Notes: generated from the sequence alone by a model not told the origin. 63,918 nt of DNA, filler included, from Octopus bimaculoides (GCF_001194135.2; 6 parts of 6 records of this genome joined end to end with filler, not necessarily neighbours in it), one strand, 5' to 3'; numbered from the whole stretch's first letter, positions 39,557 through 52,094 are shown. Numbers and translations are program-made.

Positions 39557-42049
39557 ACATGTGTGTGTGTGTGTGTATTAATGCACACGCTTACACGTCG
39601 CTCTTCACCCACGCCGTGTGTATCTCTGTGTGTGTTATTGTGATAATGCATAGTAATAAGTTCTTTGTTGGATCTTGAAACCTCGTTTTAATATACAATA
39701 ACTGAAAATGGAATACTCCCAAGTAAACAAGGGTAGCTAGTATTTATTTGAGTGTTTTCTCTAAATATCTAAATATGCCATTTTACCAACATTAAAGTCT
39801 CTTTTAGAAGGAATAAACTGCAGGAACAATTCCATAAAAATTTCTAAATATCAAACAATGATTCAAGTGAAATACTCCCCTTCCCACGGCATATCCCGTT
39901 CTATGTCATCATAGCCTGTGTGTTGAGTAACGTATTTATCGCACAACCGACGATTAAATGATAAACAACTAAGCCCATATAGAGATATGTAAACGTTCTG
40001 ATTCATAGCTTCCTGCATTATCAGAGCGTGATTTTGAATGTTAATTTCCAGTGTGTTAACTCAATGACGACATTGCATCTCTCTATGGAAATCTGAGAAC
40101 TATTTAAATGAAAGGAACCTGAACAATATGTCTTAGATTAATTTTTTTTTCCGTGTGTTTATCTTATAAATATCATTGGCGCTGATGACTAACTTCCATT
40201 TGTAAATATTTATTCAAGAGGAAGATGAAACTTCCTGCTTTCGATCTCAATTATTCAGCAACTGCGAAGTCAATGATTTTGTTCTTTTAAAAAGAAATTC
40301 AACATCATGGATTGATTACTACTTTTTTGTGTATTGCTTATCTTTTTGCAGTGTGAATCAAATTCTACAGTAAAAGAAAAAAAACTACGAACAGCTTTAC
40401 TGAATTTATGAACATCGATAATTACAAGTCTATTCGAATTAAAGTTAATACATTTTGACGTTAAGAATAAAAAGAAAATACGAAATTCTCTACAATAATT
40501 TGTAGAAGTTAATACTAACACAGTATAGAACATTTCATGTTTTAAGGGCATATATTATTCAAAAATGTCGATATGTAAGATTTCAAACTTATTGGGTTAA
40601 TAAAAATATAAATGTGGATAATGCTGATAATAGAAATTGACATATAAGATTATAAAACATAAGTAGATATTTATTTCTTTGATGTATTCGCGAACACTGA
40701 ATTTCTTGGATACAACGGAGTATAATGTAATTAACCACGTAACTGTAGGTGTATGAGAAACTATATTCCGACTTTATTCTATATATAATTACTAATAATT
40801 AAAACAAGCTTGAAAATGCAGATATACGTACACACATGCAAACCTGTACAGACGGAGAACAAGCATAGCTGGATGGTTAAGGTGTTTATTTTGCAATCAT
40901 TTGCAAATATGATGTCCTGATTTAGATTGTAAAATCGAGGTAAGTTTTATGACTGAAATTTCGTTGGTGGAAAATGCGCACAATCTGGTCGGATGAACCG
41001 TGACTAAAATTGCAATGCGCAGCCTGTGACACACTGATTTCACTTCAGGACTTAAGTGTACAATTTGGAACATTCGGCCACGTTCAATGCGACTTCAATG
41101 ATCAGGTTACCTTGTTGATCGAATATATTTGTTGACTGAATATATATACTTGTTGATTTAATTTATTTCCAAGAATGCTGATCTGAAATCTCATGTTGAA
41201 ATCAATATTGTTATATTTCGCAAATGTTATACAAATGGTGCCAGATAACATATTCACCGGTTGTCATTAGTCCATATTGTTTCTTTTCCCCGCAATATTA
41301 TACCTCATACTATATCTGTGACCTTTTCAATGGATTTATATTTTCAAATAACTGAGACTTTCAACTGAATATAACTCTATAAATTACATCTCTATAGCAA
41401 GCGTGTGACCTGATGACATGTTGCAGTAACAGTGTCAATTTGTTCACAATGATTTCTTTCATTGATCACATGAAAACATTTGTGTTCCGTGAGATTGCTG
41501 ATGCTACACAAACACACGGAGCAGACATAACTCTGCACTCAATACACAGACAAAAAGATATCATAACGCAACGTAACCAGAACATAAAACAAATGCAATG
41601 ATACAAGGAAACAAAAATCAACAAAATTTAGCAAATACACACATACTCAAACAAATGGTCGTATAAAGGAGGAAAGGAAGCAGAATAAACAAGAACATCC
41701 CAGAGCACCAATGATGTCCACTGTTCATATTTTAACAGCGATATAGAGATGTAACACAATTGAGCAAAATATAGATGCATTGAGCGCGCTTCACTTGAAA
41801 ATATACATAGACTGATTGCGTTTCGCGAAAATATTTTTAGTAAAAAAAATACAAACCAATACGAAAGTATGACTCCTTCTTCCTTTCTCTCTCTCACTCG
41901 CACTTTCTCCCACTCTCTTTCTCTTTCTAACTATATATCTATCTTTATGTATCTATCTATTGCTCTCGCCTCTCACACATATACACATTTACCTACCTAC
42001 CTACCTGCTTACATACATACATGCATTTATACATACGTACATACATACA

Positions 42050-42082
<33 letters not shown>

Positions 42083-42094
42083 GCATACATGCAT

Positions 42095-42625
42095 ATCCTC
42101 GGGAGGCTAATTCCAATGACAAAGAAATAAGAACCCACAATATGTTAGAAGCCATAGCCTCTCATAATAAAAAGGAATCCTGGTAAAATATACCGGTGAA
42201 GACTTCAATAAGATGTAAGTACATCAGACCTAATTTAATGATTTGGGATAGAGAAGAGAATGTGTGTACAGTTGTGGAAATTAGCTGCCCAGCAGATGTT
42301 AACATAAAGCTGAAGATCAGTGAAAAAGAGAACACCAATGCTGAACTATTGAGAAATTTGCAATTACTTTATCCAGATTACAAGTTTATACCTGTAATTA
42401 TTGAGGCACTGGGGTATATGACACACTGCCTAAATACTAATCTTGAGAAATTAGGCTTCTCAAAACCAGGAAGGAGAAAGCTACTTCGAAGACTAAACAA
42501 CCAAACTATCACTGGAACTGTGAAAGTCTGTGAAGCTTTCCAGATGTTTATCATTTAAATATATATGAGTATGTCGAGATATGCAAATATATGTATTGAG
42601 AATACGTACATAAAACATACATACA
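42095..42625 (+). mobile_element. RLE-type (R4-like) non-LTR retrotransposon 3' end embedded in (CATA)n
   Basis: ORF 42196-42558 KYIRPNLMIWDREENVCTVVEISCPADVN...IPVIIEALG is a PD-(D/E)xK-type RLE domain. (CATA)n lies on both sides, at about 42010-42090 and 42615-42650. Confidence 0.85.
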
Positions 42626-42654
42626 TACATACATACATACATACATACATGTTG

Positions 42655-44330
42655 ATGATGGCCGTCCACTCGTAACCGAGGAACACGATTACATACCTTC
42701 AGGAACATTGTGCGCTCAAGACAACCTTATACTTTACACTCGCGGCTCCGTTGATGACTAACGAACACTGCTCTTGACAAACATACATGACTGCAAACAT
42801 TGCAGACCAAGATTTCCCCATTCATAACACTAGCAGTGCGTTTTTGAGCAAAACGCTTAATTTCTTTATGAAGAATACGTGCTCTTTCAAACGTTTGCCT
42901 GTTTCCTCCCTCCATGTCGATGACAAGAATTGGACTCCCACTGAGCCCCCTGAATTTCACAGTCCTTTAATAAAGACGTTACACAGTCCTTAGATCGCAG
43001 TCTTGGCTTTTGTCGGGGTCGCCTTCCCCTATCACGTTCCCCATATAGCATCTGTTGAGGGATCCTGCCATCATTCATTCTATCAAGGTGTCCAATCCAA
43101 CGTAATCGGTGTTTATGCACCATCGCCTCAATACTCAGGATATCATCTTTCCTCAGGACCTGTGTATCTGGTGATTTTAAGGTCCAACCAACAGTCAGAA
43201 TGTATTTCAAACATCTCTCATAGAAGCGTTCATATACCTCTACGTGACGTTTCTAAAGGGTCCTTGTTTGACATGAGTAAAGGAGTGATATCAGTATACT
43301 TACGGGGTACACAGTAATTTTTGTCCGCTTTGTGATGCCATGTTGGGACCAAGCACAAGACTCAAGAGACCGGAAGGAATCAGTTGCTCTCTGCAGCTTG
43401 AAAGATACCTCATCATACATGGAGCAAGCACGACTGAGCGTGCTGCCCAGTTTGTCTACCACTTACAATATTGTTCCTTCAACCAAGATAGCTGGTTCCA
43501 CATATGGGTTTCCTGATACAGGCTGGAATATTTCAACAGTCTTATCTAGGCTAATACTAAGTCCAAATGCCATGCAAGAAGCAGAAATACGATTCACAAG
43601 TATTTGCATGTCATCCACAGTATGAGTGACTACGTCACAGTCAACTGCATAAAGGACGTCACGAATAAGAGACTGGAAAACTTTTCAATTGGCAGCAAAT
43701 CGATGCAGGTTAAAAAGATGGCTAGAAGATCGATACTTAACATATATCCCTGGAGAGCTATCCACAAAAAGCATAAGTAAGAGTAGCAGCAACGTACAGA
43801 AAAAAAAAGAGAGTTCGGGTAAGGAAGTCACGCTGGTTGACACCATTCCCTACAGGAATGGATCCCGCCATGCCACCACCAACATCCCATCATGAAATGT
43901 TTTGATTATTGATACAAAGTGATCCGGACAGCCACGTTTGCCAAGTATATTCCATATGGAGGCTCTAGTAACAGTATCAAAGGCTTTGGTTAAATCAATG
44001 AATACGTGGACAAGATCCATATTCTGTTCATAGCACTTCTCTTGCATCTATCTCGCAGTGAAAACCGTTCCTCTTCCAAATCAGAAATGATATTCAGATT
44101 CAGATAGGACATCTTTTACAGGACACATATTGAGGCGGGTAAGAAAAATACTTGCCAGTGACTGATAGTAGAGCAAAACCTCTGAAGATTTCACATTCTA
44201 CTCTGGTTCCTTTTCTTATATAGAGAGGAATAATAATTGCATCATTCCGGCCTTAGGCAGTGGACCATCGTTCCAGATTATACCAGTAAATTCATAAAGG
44301 GTCTCTGTGATGTAATCACCACCAAATTGC
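42655..44330 (-). mobile_element. RTE (BovB-like) LINE, 5'-truncated, RT through 3' end
   Basis: Minus fragments in the expected order: DAIIIPLYIRKG...RGFALLSVTGK; MQEKCYEQNMDLVHVFIDLTKAFDTV...GCPDHFVSIIKTFHDGM; LGSTLSR...TKITVY...LLYSCQT; HRLRWIGHLDRMNDGRIPQQMLYGE. Confidence 0.9.
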
Positions 44331-44339
44331 AGGACCTCG

Positions 44340-44590
44340 GTACAAATGTCGATATTGACGAACATTCTGTGAGACCCGCAACCAGTATAACTGAGAAAAG
44401 CATCGCAGATGTGTGCAGTTATGATGGGAAATCGTTGAATCACCATCCGTCATTCATCAGAGGATGTGTAGATTAGTTACAGTTCAGTTCAGTTCATTAT
44501 CACTGAGGATTTGGGTATGAGACACGTGTCTGCCAAGTTTGTGCCAAGACTGCTTTCAGCTGACCAAAAATACATTGGAATTTCAGTTGC
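44340..44590 (+). mobile_element. Mariner transposase fragment (HTH and linker)
   Basis: NVDIDEHSVRPATSITEKSIADV...IITEDLGMRHVSAKFVPRLLSADQK contains the WVPREL-type linker. Confidence 0.8.
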
Positions 44591-44609
44591 ACAATTTCTC
44601 CTTGATTGT

Positions 44610-44910
44610 GTTCAGGACGTCGAAAGCTTTTTGAAAGCTTTGCGTAGGCCTTTGAAAAGGTATTTCCAAGGTTTTGGAAAAATTTGATGTAAATTCTCTG
44701 CTCAACTTTCACTGTCATGGTCATTGCGATGATCACAGGTTACACACCTACCTTCCAAGCACTGCTGTGAACACGAAATGAGCTACAACGTTAACACATT
44801 GTGCGCAATCACAGCAAAGGTGAAGGTGAATCTGTGCCAAGCGTCTTCTCTCAGCATGCTTTGGATTCGTTACTATGGCACCAGTCCGGATACTTATTGA
44901 TCAGACCACA
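44610..44910 (-). mobile_element. Mariner 5' end (TIR, leader and start of transposase)
   Basis: Minus: TA|TGTGGTCTGATCAATAAGTATCCGGAC terminus, then MTMTVKVEQRIYIKFFQNLGNTFSKAYAKL. Confidence 0.8.
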
Positions 44911-44912
44911 TA

Positions 44913-45326
44913 TGTATATCACAGCTGCACGCATATCTGCAATGATTCTCTCAGCTCTGCTGGTTACGGGTCTCCCAGAACGTTCGTCAATATCGACATT
45001 TTTTTGGCCATCTTGGAAACGTCTGAATCACTCGTACACTTGTGTGACGCTCATGCACTCCTCTCCTTACACCTTCTGCAACTTTTTGTAGGCCTCCGAG
45101 CAGGCATCGTCATGACAACTTTCCCTATCATGGTGAATGCGAGGATCACATGCCACACACGTTCCTTCGAAGTAACTCCTGTACACAGCAGGAGCGAGCT
45201 AGAACGTTAAAACTTAGTGCACATGCACAGCAGTGTCCAAACTTAAACTGTGCCAAGCGGCTTTACTCTGCGTGCTTTAGCTTCATTACTATGGCAAAGG
45301 TCCGGATACTTTTTGATCAGACCTCG
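44913..45326 (-). mobile_element. Mariner 5' end (TIR plus HTH)
   Basis: Minus: TA|CGAGGTCTGATCAAAAAGTATCCGGA terminus, then CSEAYKKLQKV*GEECMSVTQVYE*FRRFQDGQKNVDIDERSGRP. Confidence 0.85.
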
Positions 45327-45597
45327 TATATACACGACAATTTTGGTTTTATATATTTATGTTTGTGTGTAAAACGAAACAATTTTGTTACCTATGATAT
45401 TATATATTTTTTTGCCCTTACAATACATGTAATTCCATCATGACAGGGGTAGGTACTGTTGAATTAATATCTACAATATGCACCGAAAACATTTTCCCAG
45501 ATTTTGCTCTGTTTAGATATCTGGAGCGACTACTTTGTTATGCATATATATATATATATTAAAAATGCGTATGATTTTGATATTCATTCCCTCACAC

Positions 45598-45643
<46 letters not shown>

Positions 45644-45860
45644 GTTTCTTTATTAGCCACACAGGGCTCAACACAGAGGGGACAAAATACAAATGTAGAG
45701 TTTTTCTTTTCGAGGGGGTCGAAAACAAAGCAGAAAAAAAACAAAAGTGGGGACAACGATNNNNNNNNNNNNNNNNNNNNNNNNNNNNNNNNNNNNNNNN
45801 NNNNTTAATTAATTAANNNNNNNNNNNNNNNNNNNNNNNNNNNNNNNNNNNNNNNNNNNN

Positions 45861-45896
<36 letters not shown>

Positions 45897-46027
45897 GGGT
45901 ATGAAAGGTATCGGTGTCAAGAAGACACAAAAGGTATCGGGTAACGCTAAGTAAGCGCTATGGACAGAACATGGTTAAGCTCCAGGGTCAATAATGATAC
46001 GAGTGAGGAGTCCAACATACATATATG

Positions 46028-46151
46028 TATAAATTGACAGAATGACATAAAAAGGGTGTAAATAGTTTTCAGAACATTTATAAACGGACTTTCTCTTTAT
46101 AAATGTTCTGAAAACTATTTACAGCCTTGGATTTTTTATCTCATTCTGTCA

Positions 46152-46158
<7 letters not shown>
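46028..46158. mobile_element. Fold-back (hairpin) MITE-like element between TA tracts
   Basis: Perfect 28-bp inner arms at 46057-46084 and 46096-46123 with an 11-nt loop. Outer arms tataaattgacagaatga / tcattctgtcaatttata also pair. Confidence 0.75.
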
Positions 46159-46197
<39 letters not shown>

Positions 46198-46408
46198 ATA
46201 GCAATAAGAAAATGGAGGGGAATATGAGGTACTCATCAACTTGCAGACACTGTACTCTGTTGATTAATCCGTTTATTTTACAACCAAAAGGGCAATAAAG
46301 AAAATATACAGACACTTATGACATACCATGTCATATCAGCAATTTAAAATTTCAAATTTAAAAGGACATCTAGCAACCGAAGAAGGGACAAAATCTTACA
46401 GCTGTTTC

Positions 46409-46486
<78 letters not shown>

Positions 46487-47129
46487 GAGGGAGAGACGGA
46501 GATTGATACAACCATCCCTTTTAACTTACTGCTTTCCTACATCTCCCTTCTTGATAGAAAGTAGTGTGTGGTTTAAATGAATGTTAAACAAACTACCCTG
46601 TGAGGTGGAGAAAATAATATATATTTATTTTCACTTAAGTTTCTGAACACCAGGTGTACATACATCATGCAAAAAAAATCACATTTATATAGATAATATA
46701 TATTATAATATAATATAATATAACATATGAAACTATTAAAAAATGCAAAAAGTACTTTTTTATACAGGAATATATAAAAAATTATGTGAAAGCAAAAGAC
46801 ATGATTATTTGTTATGTCTTCGTGGTTTAGCTATCTCATCACCAATAATGTTACGACGAGGTTGGAGTGAGTACAAGAGTGTAGGAATAGTATTACCCAG
46901 ATAAATATTTGGATATGGTTATTTAGAATAACCATTCGCAGAATTAATATGTTCACGCAGAACGTACTCCGTACTATGCCAAAACGTAGATACGATATTA
47001 AACTACCGCAGTAATGCAATACAATCGACCAACTCTGTCAGCTGCTCGCTGTCAACCCGACATTCTTATTTTATTGAAATTCTTTAGCTCACTTTTGGTC
47101 ATGTGGGGGTGGTCAGGATTCTTCCACAA

Positions 47130-47130
<1 letters not shown>

Positions 47131-47196
<66 letters not shown>

Positions 47197-48105
47197 GACG
47201 TCGCACAGCATACAATATCGTGAGGTTGTTGATTGAAGATATTGTATCTACTGGGGGTTTGTACTGTTTGTCAAGTCACAACACGGACCTCAGACAAACA
47301 GTACTTTACGCAATATGCGTGCAGTTCCAAATAATGCCGACTTTTGAAATACATCTAGATTGTAGGGTATCTCTAAGGGTTTCAGATGTTTTTCAGATTG
47401 AGTGGTATTGAACCCAATGCTCCGATGACAATAGGGATAACCTTTACGTTCGACTCTCGTAGCTTCCACATCTTAGCGATCTCAATTCTCAGGTCTCCAT
47501 ATATATCAACTTCTCTTTCTTTCATGACATGTTGATCTCCAGGCACTGCTACGTCGATTATTAGGCACTCTTGTTTGTCCTTCCTAAAGGTTACTATATC
47601 CGGCCTTCGGTGCTCTAACACTTTGTCTGTCTGGAAATCAAAGTCCCAGAGGATTTTTGTCTTTCCCTTTTCGTCCATTACCTTTTCCGGTGTATGTTGG
47701 TACCAAGCACCCGTGACTTCATATCCATACTTACAGCATAGTAGCCGGTGAAGGCTTTGGGCTACTTTGTCGTGTCTACGCTTGTACCCTTTCTGCGCAA
47801 GACTTTCACAAGCACTAACAATGTGAATCACACTTTCAACCCTCTTCCCACACATTCTCCAGAGGTCCGAGCACTTGTGTGATATATATTCATTTTTCAC
47901 TGAGTTGGTATTCAGTACCTGGTCCTGGGCCGCGATGATTAGGCTTTCAGTATTCTTTTTCAGGTCACCCTTCTGGAACCACCTCCATGATGCTCTCTGG
48001 TCTTTTAATTTGTTGGTTTCACGGTGGAACTGACCATGTAATTCCATACGGAGTTGGGTTTCCTCTCTCCTGTTGGCTGTTCTTGTTCGGAATTGCACTA
48101 TTCTG
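47131..48105 (-). mobile_element. R4/Dong-clade LINE 3' part (zinc knuckle, RLE endonuclease, 3' UTR, (TAA)n tail)
   Basis: ORF 47382-48098: LHGQF...TESLIIAAQDQ...WRMCGKRVESVIHIVSAC...RRHDKVA...KILWDFDFQTDKVLEHRRPDIV...IIDVAVP...VIPIVIGALG. The tail is (ATT)n on the plus strand at 47131-47195. Confidence 0.92.
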
Positions 48106-48147
48106 CCATGTTTCTTCTTCTTCTTCTTCTTCTTCTTCTTCTTCTTT

Positions 48148-48447
48148 CGGTGTCGACAAAATAAGCATCAGTAGAATAATGGTGTCGATGTACTCGACTT
48201 ACCCCAACCCCACCCCCGAACTTTCTGGCCTTCTGCCAAAATTTGAACCCAAAAAGCGGCAAGCAGGTGCAATGGTTAGCACCCCGGGCGAAATGCTAAG
48301 CGGCATTTCGTCCGCCGTTACGTTCTGAGTTCAAATTCCGCTGAGGTCGACTTTGCTTTCATCCTTTCGGGGTTGATAAATCAAGTAACAGTTGAGTACT
48401 GGGGTCCTTCAAAATTTCAAGCCTTGTTTGTCCCTTTAGTAGGTAGG

Positions 48448-48545
<98 letters not shown>

Positions 48546-48912
48546 TATTGGGCGCTGGCAGGATAGTTACCGCGCCGGACAAAATGCTCAGCGGTGTTTC
48601 GTCCATCTTTACGTTTTGAGTTAAGATTCTGCTGAGGTCGACTTTGCTTTTCAACCCTTTCAGTTTCAATAAAATAAGTACCCATCGATTACTGAGAGGT
48701 CGATGTAAACGACTTAGCCCCACCCCCGAAATTGCTGGCCTTCTGCCAAAATTTGAAACCATTATTATTATTATCATTATTCCAGTTCTTTACGTTGTGT
48801 GTTCAAATTCCGCTGGAGTCGATTTTATGTTTCACTCTTTCGGACCACTGGGGCCAATGTAACCGACGACTAGTACCCTTTCCCAAAATTGCAAGATTTC
48901 AAGCCTCGTGGC
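48148..48912 (+). mobile_element. Array of four family-A SINE copies, two junctions filled by (ATT)n
   Basis: Copies at about 48148-48250 (3' part), 48255-48450, 48550-48762 and 48790-48912, with (ATT)n at 48449-48548 and 48761-48781. Confidence 0.85.
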
Positions 48913-48935
48913 TGCAATAGAAAAAAGAAAACCAT

Positions 48936-48989
<54 letters not shown>

Positions 48990-50139
48990 AACACTGGGAT
49001 TTCTTAAATCAGTTTCACGGTTGTTAGGGAACATCTGCTTGATAAAAGAAATACCGACTCAGCATTCATCACGTATTGAGTGCGTTCTTGAGCTATAGTC
49101 TGCTCGTTCCATGACTGAGATAGGTAACGTGCATATATATAAATGTATATATGTGTCTGGGTGTGGGTGTATATATGTATACATACATACATACACACAT
49201 ATATATATATATATATATANNNNNNNNNNNNNNNNNNNNNNNNNNNNNNNNNNNNNNNNNNNNNNNNNNNNNNNNNNNNNNNNNNNNNNNNNNNNNNNNN
49301 NNNNNNNNNNNNNNNNNNNNNNNNNNNNNNNNNNNNNNNNNNNNNNNNNNNNNNNNNNNNNNNNNNNNNNNNNNNNNNNNNNNNNNNNNNNNNNNNNNNN
49401 NNNNNNNNNNNNNNNNNNNNNNNNNNNNNNNNNNNNNNNNNNNNNNNNNNNNNNNNNNNNNNNNNNNNNNNNNNNNNNNNNNNNNNNNNNNNNNNNNNNN
49501 NNNNNNNNNNNNNNNNNNNNNNNNNNNNNNNNNNNNNNNNNNNNNNNNNNNNNNNNNNNNNNNNNNNNNNNNNNNNNNNNNNNNNNNNNNNNNNNNNNNN
49601 NNNNNNNNNNNNNNNNNNNNNNNNNNNNNNNNNNNNNNNNNNNNNNNNNNNNNNNNNNNNNNNNNNNNNNNNNNNNNNNNNNNNNNNNNNNNNNNNNNNN
49701 NNNNNNNNNNNNNNNNNNNNNNNNNNNNNNNNNNNNNNNNNNNNNNNNNNNNNNNNNNNNNNNNNNNNNNNNNNNNNNNNNNNNNNNNNNNNNNNNNNNN
49801 NNNNNNNNNNNNNNNNNNNNNNNNNNNNNNNNNNNNNNNNNNNNNNNNNNNNNNNNNNNNNNNNNNNNNNNNNNNNNNNNNNNNNNNNNNNNNNNNNNNN
49901 NNNNNNNNNNNNNNNNNNNNNNNNNNNNNNNNNNNNNNNNNNNNNNNNNNNNNNNNNNNNNNNNNNNNNNNNNNNNNNNNNNNNNNNNNNNNNNNNNNNN
50001 NNNNNNNNNNNNNNNNNNNNNNNNNNNNNNNNNNNNNNNNNNNNNNNNNNNNNNNNNNNNNNNNNNNNNNNNNNNNNNNNNNNNNNNNNNNNNNNNNNNN
50101 NNTATATATATATATAAAACACGTATACGCGCGCTCATG

Positions 50140-50181
<42 letters not shown>

Positions 50182-50882
50182 TACACGTGCAAAACTATAC
50201 ACATGTATAAATAAATACATCTGCAATTTCCTTGTTGATGACTGTGAAGACACATAAAAGAAAGAATGGTATGCAAAGAAGCTCTTTACTAATTGCATGC
50301 TATTTACCATATATTATAAGTCAGGCGTTCAAACCTCTTTGCTTGGGGCTTGCTGCCAACATGGAGTCTGTAATTTTATGACACATACTAAGGAGAGTGT
50401 AATTTAAGCTTTAATATTTCCTTCAGTATTTCTTTTATCTTAAGTCTAAATTAGCAGACAATAACACCATCTACCGACCAAGGGAGAGGCGACAAAGGAG
50501 TAATTCATATTGTTAACATTTGTGTTTTGCTTTTTACTTTACGAGTTGAGAGAAGCTTAGATAGATAGAAGAGTTTAAGGTGTGTTTACGAAAGATGTGT
50601 GCGTCTTTCGTCTAACGCAAGGATCAGTTGAAGCTCATGGTCGTGTTGTGAAGACGGCGACGTTCGTGGTGGGCTGTGGGTGATAATGGTTGCGGATGTG
50701 ATGATGATAATGGCGGTGGTAATGGTGATGATTGTGACGATAGTGACGATGGTGGTTCTGTTGTAGTGATGAAAATAATGGTGGTAGTAAATACGGTGGT
50801 GTTAACGATAGTGGTGATGGTGTAATGGCGAATATAATAGTGGTAGTAGTGTGGTGGTAGCTGTAATTGTAATAAAGGTAGC

Positions 50883-50942
<60 letters not shown>

Positions 50943-51139
50943 CATCTGATGCACCAATAATGATGATGTCAGCGATGTTGGCCCCGGCAAGTGTAACGAA
51001 TATATAGCAAGCAGCTTTTCAGGGGCCATAGAAAAATATAACAGTCAAGTGCTGGGATTAATGCCTCGATTATGTCCAGCCCCTCAAATTGCTAGTATGG
51101 TACCTAAAAAAAAAAGTAATAATGATAATAATAATGATA

Positions 51140-51698
51140 ATAATATTCCCGGGTGCAGTACCAGGCAGTGGCTCTCATGGATTCTGATCTTAATTGATTG
51201 GAATTGTTATCATGTACATTGTTTTGTCTTGGTATAAAAGATGGACAATAGCAAATATTCTGCTCAGTACCACAGATTTGCTTGTCAGTTGTTTGACCTT
51301 AACCAGTTGATCATGTCCCTTAGTGGCTGATGATATGTGCATCACTGATCATGAGCAGAAGTATTGGGGGAGCATCATAACCAGGTGTTGAGAAGAATTC
51401 TTTGGAGTTTGGATAATTCACCTTTGGAAACATGGGTGTTTTGTTCATAATCCTTAAACAACCCTTATTCAGGGACCTTTTGAGCAGGATGGGCTACTCG
51501 ACACGAAGGAAATTCTAACTGGGCCCTACCTGCAAGACCATGCGCTGTTTATCTTGATATGAGATCACCATGTCGCGCACATATGGTTGTGATGCACGTG
51601 TCTAGTGTACCCTTCTCAGGCGGGTAGTCATGATGGGTATACCGGGTTTCGTATATTTTAGCCCAGTGTCATTTTAATGGCATGCACTGCTCTCATTC

Positions 51699-51748
<50 letters not shown>
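51140..51748 (+). mobile_element. Non-coding interspersed-repeat-like segment with (AAT)n tail, probable non-LTR 3' UTR
   Basis: Bounded by AAT-type repeats on both sides, more GC-balanced than its flanks, and without an ORF. The family is not identified. Confidence 0.4.
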
Positions 51749-51898
51749 NNNNNNNNNNNNNNNNNNNNNNNNNNNNNNNNNNNNNNNNNNNNTTAATTAA
51801 TTAANNNNNNNNNNNNNNNNNNNNNNNNNNNNNNNNNNNNNNNNNNNNATATGGAAAAAAGACAAAGTAGAAAATGCTAAAATACTTTTATAAAGAAC

Positions 51899-51942
51899 AT
51901 TACAGAACCGGTTTCGATCCTTGAGATCTTTTCAACAGTAAA
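51899..51942 (-). ncRNA. Candidate minimal type I hammerhead ribozyme (U3:A8 variant)
   Basis: Minus: ttactg|UUGAAAA|GAUC-ucaag-GAUC|GAA|ACCGGU|U|cuguaa. It has a 7-nt core, a 4-bp stem II, GAAA, a palindromic helix III, a GUU cleavage triplet and 5 of 6 pairs in stem I. Confidence 0.6.
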
Positions 51943-52094
51943 TATGAATAATAGATTTTTGAAAAATTATTGAAAAATTAAATTTTGGTAAATTTAAAAG
52001 AAAAGTCTTTTTAAAGACATATTTGTATAGTATTCAAATAACAGGGGCATTTTTCTTGTTTCTGCCTGTCTCTGTCTCACTTGTTAACTCTTGT

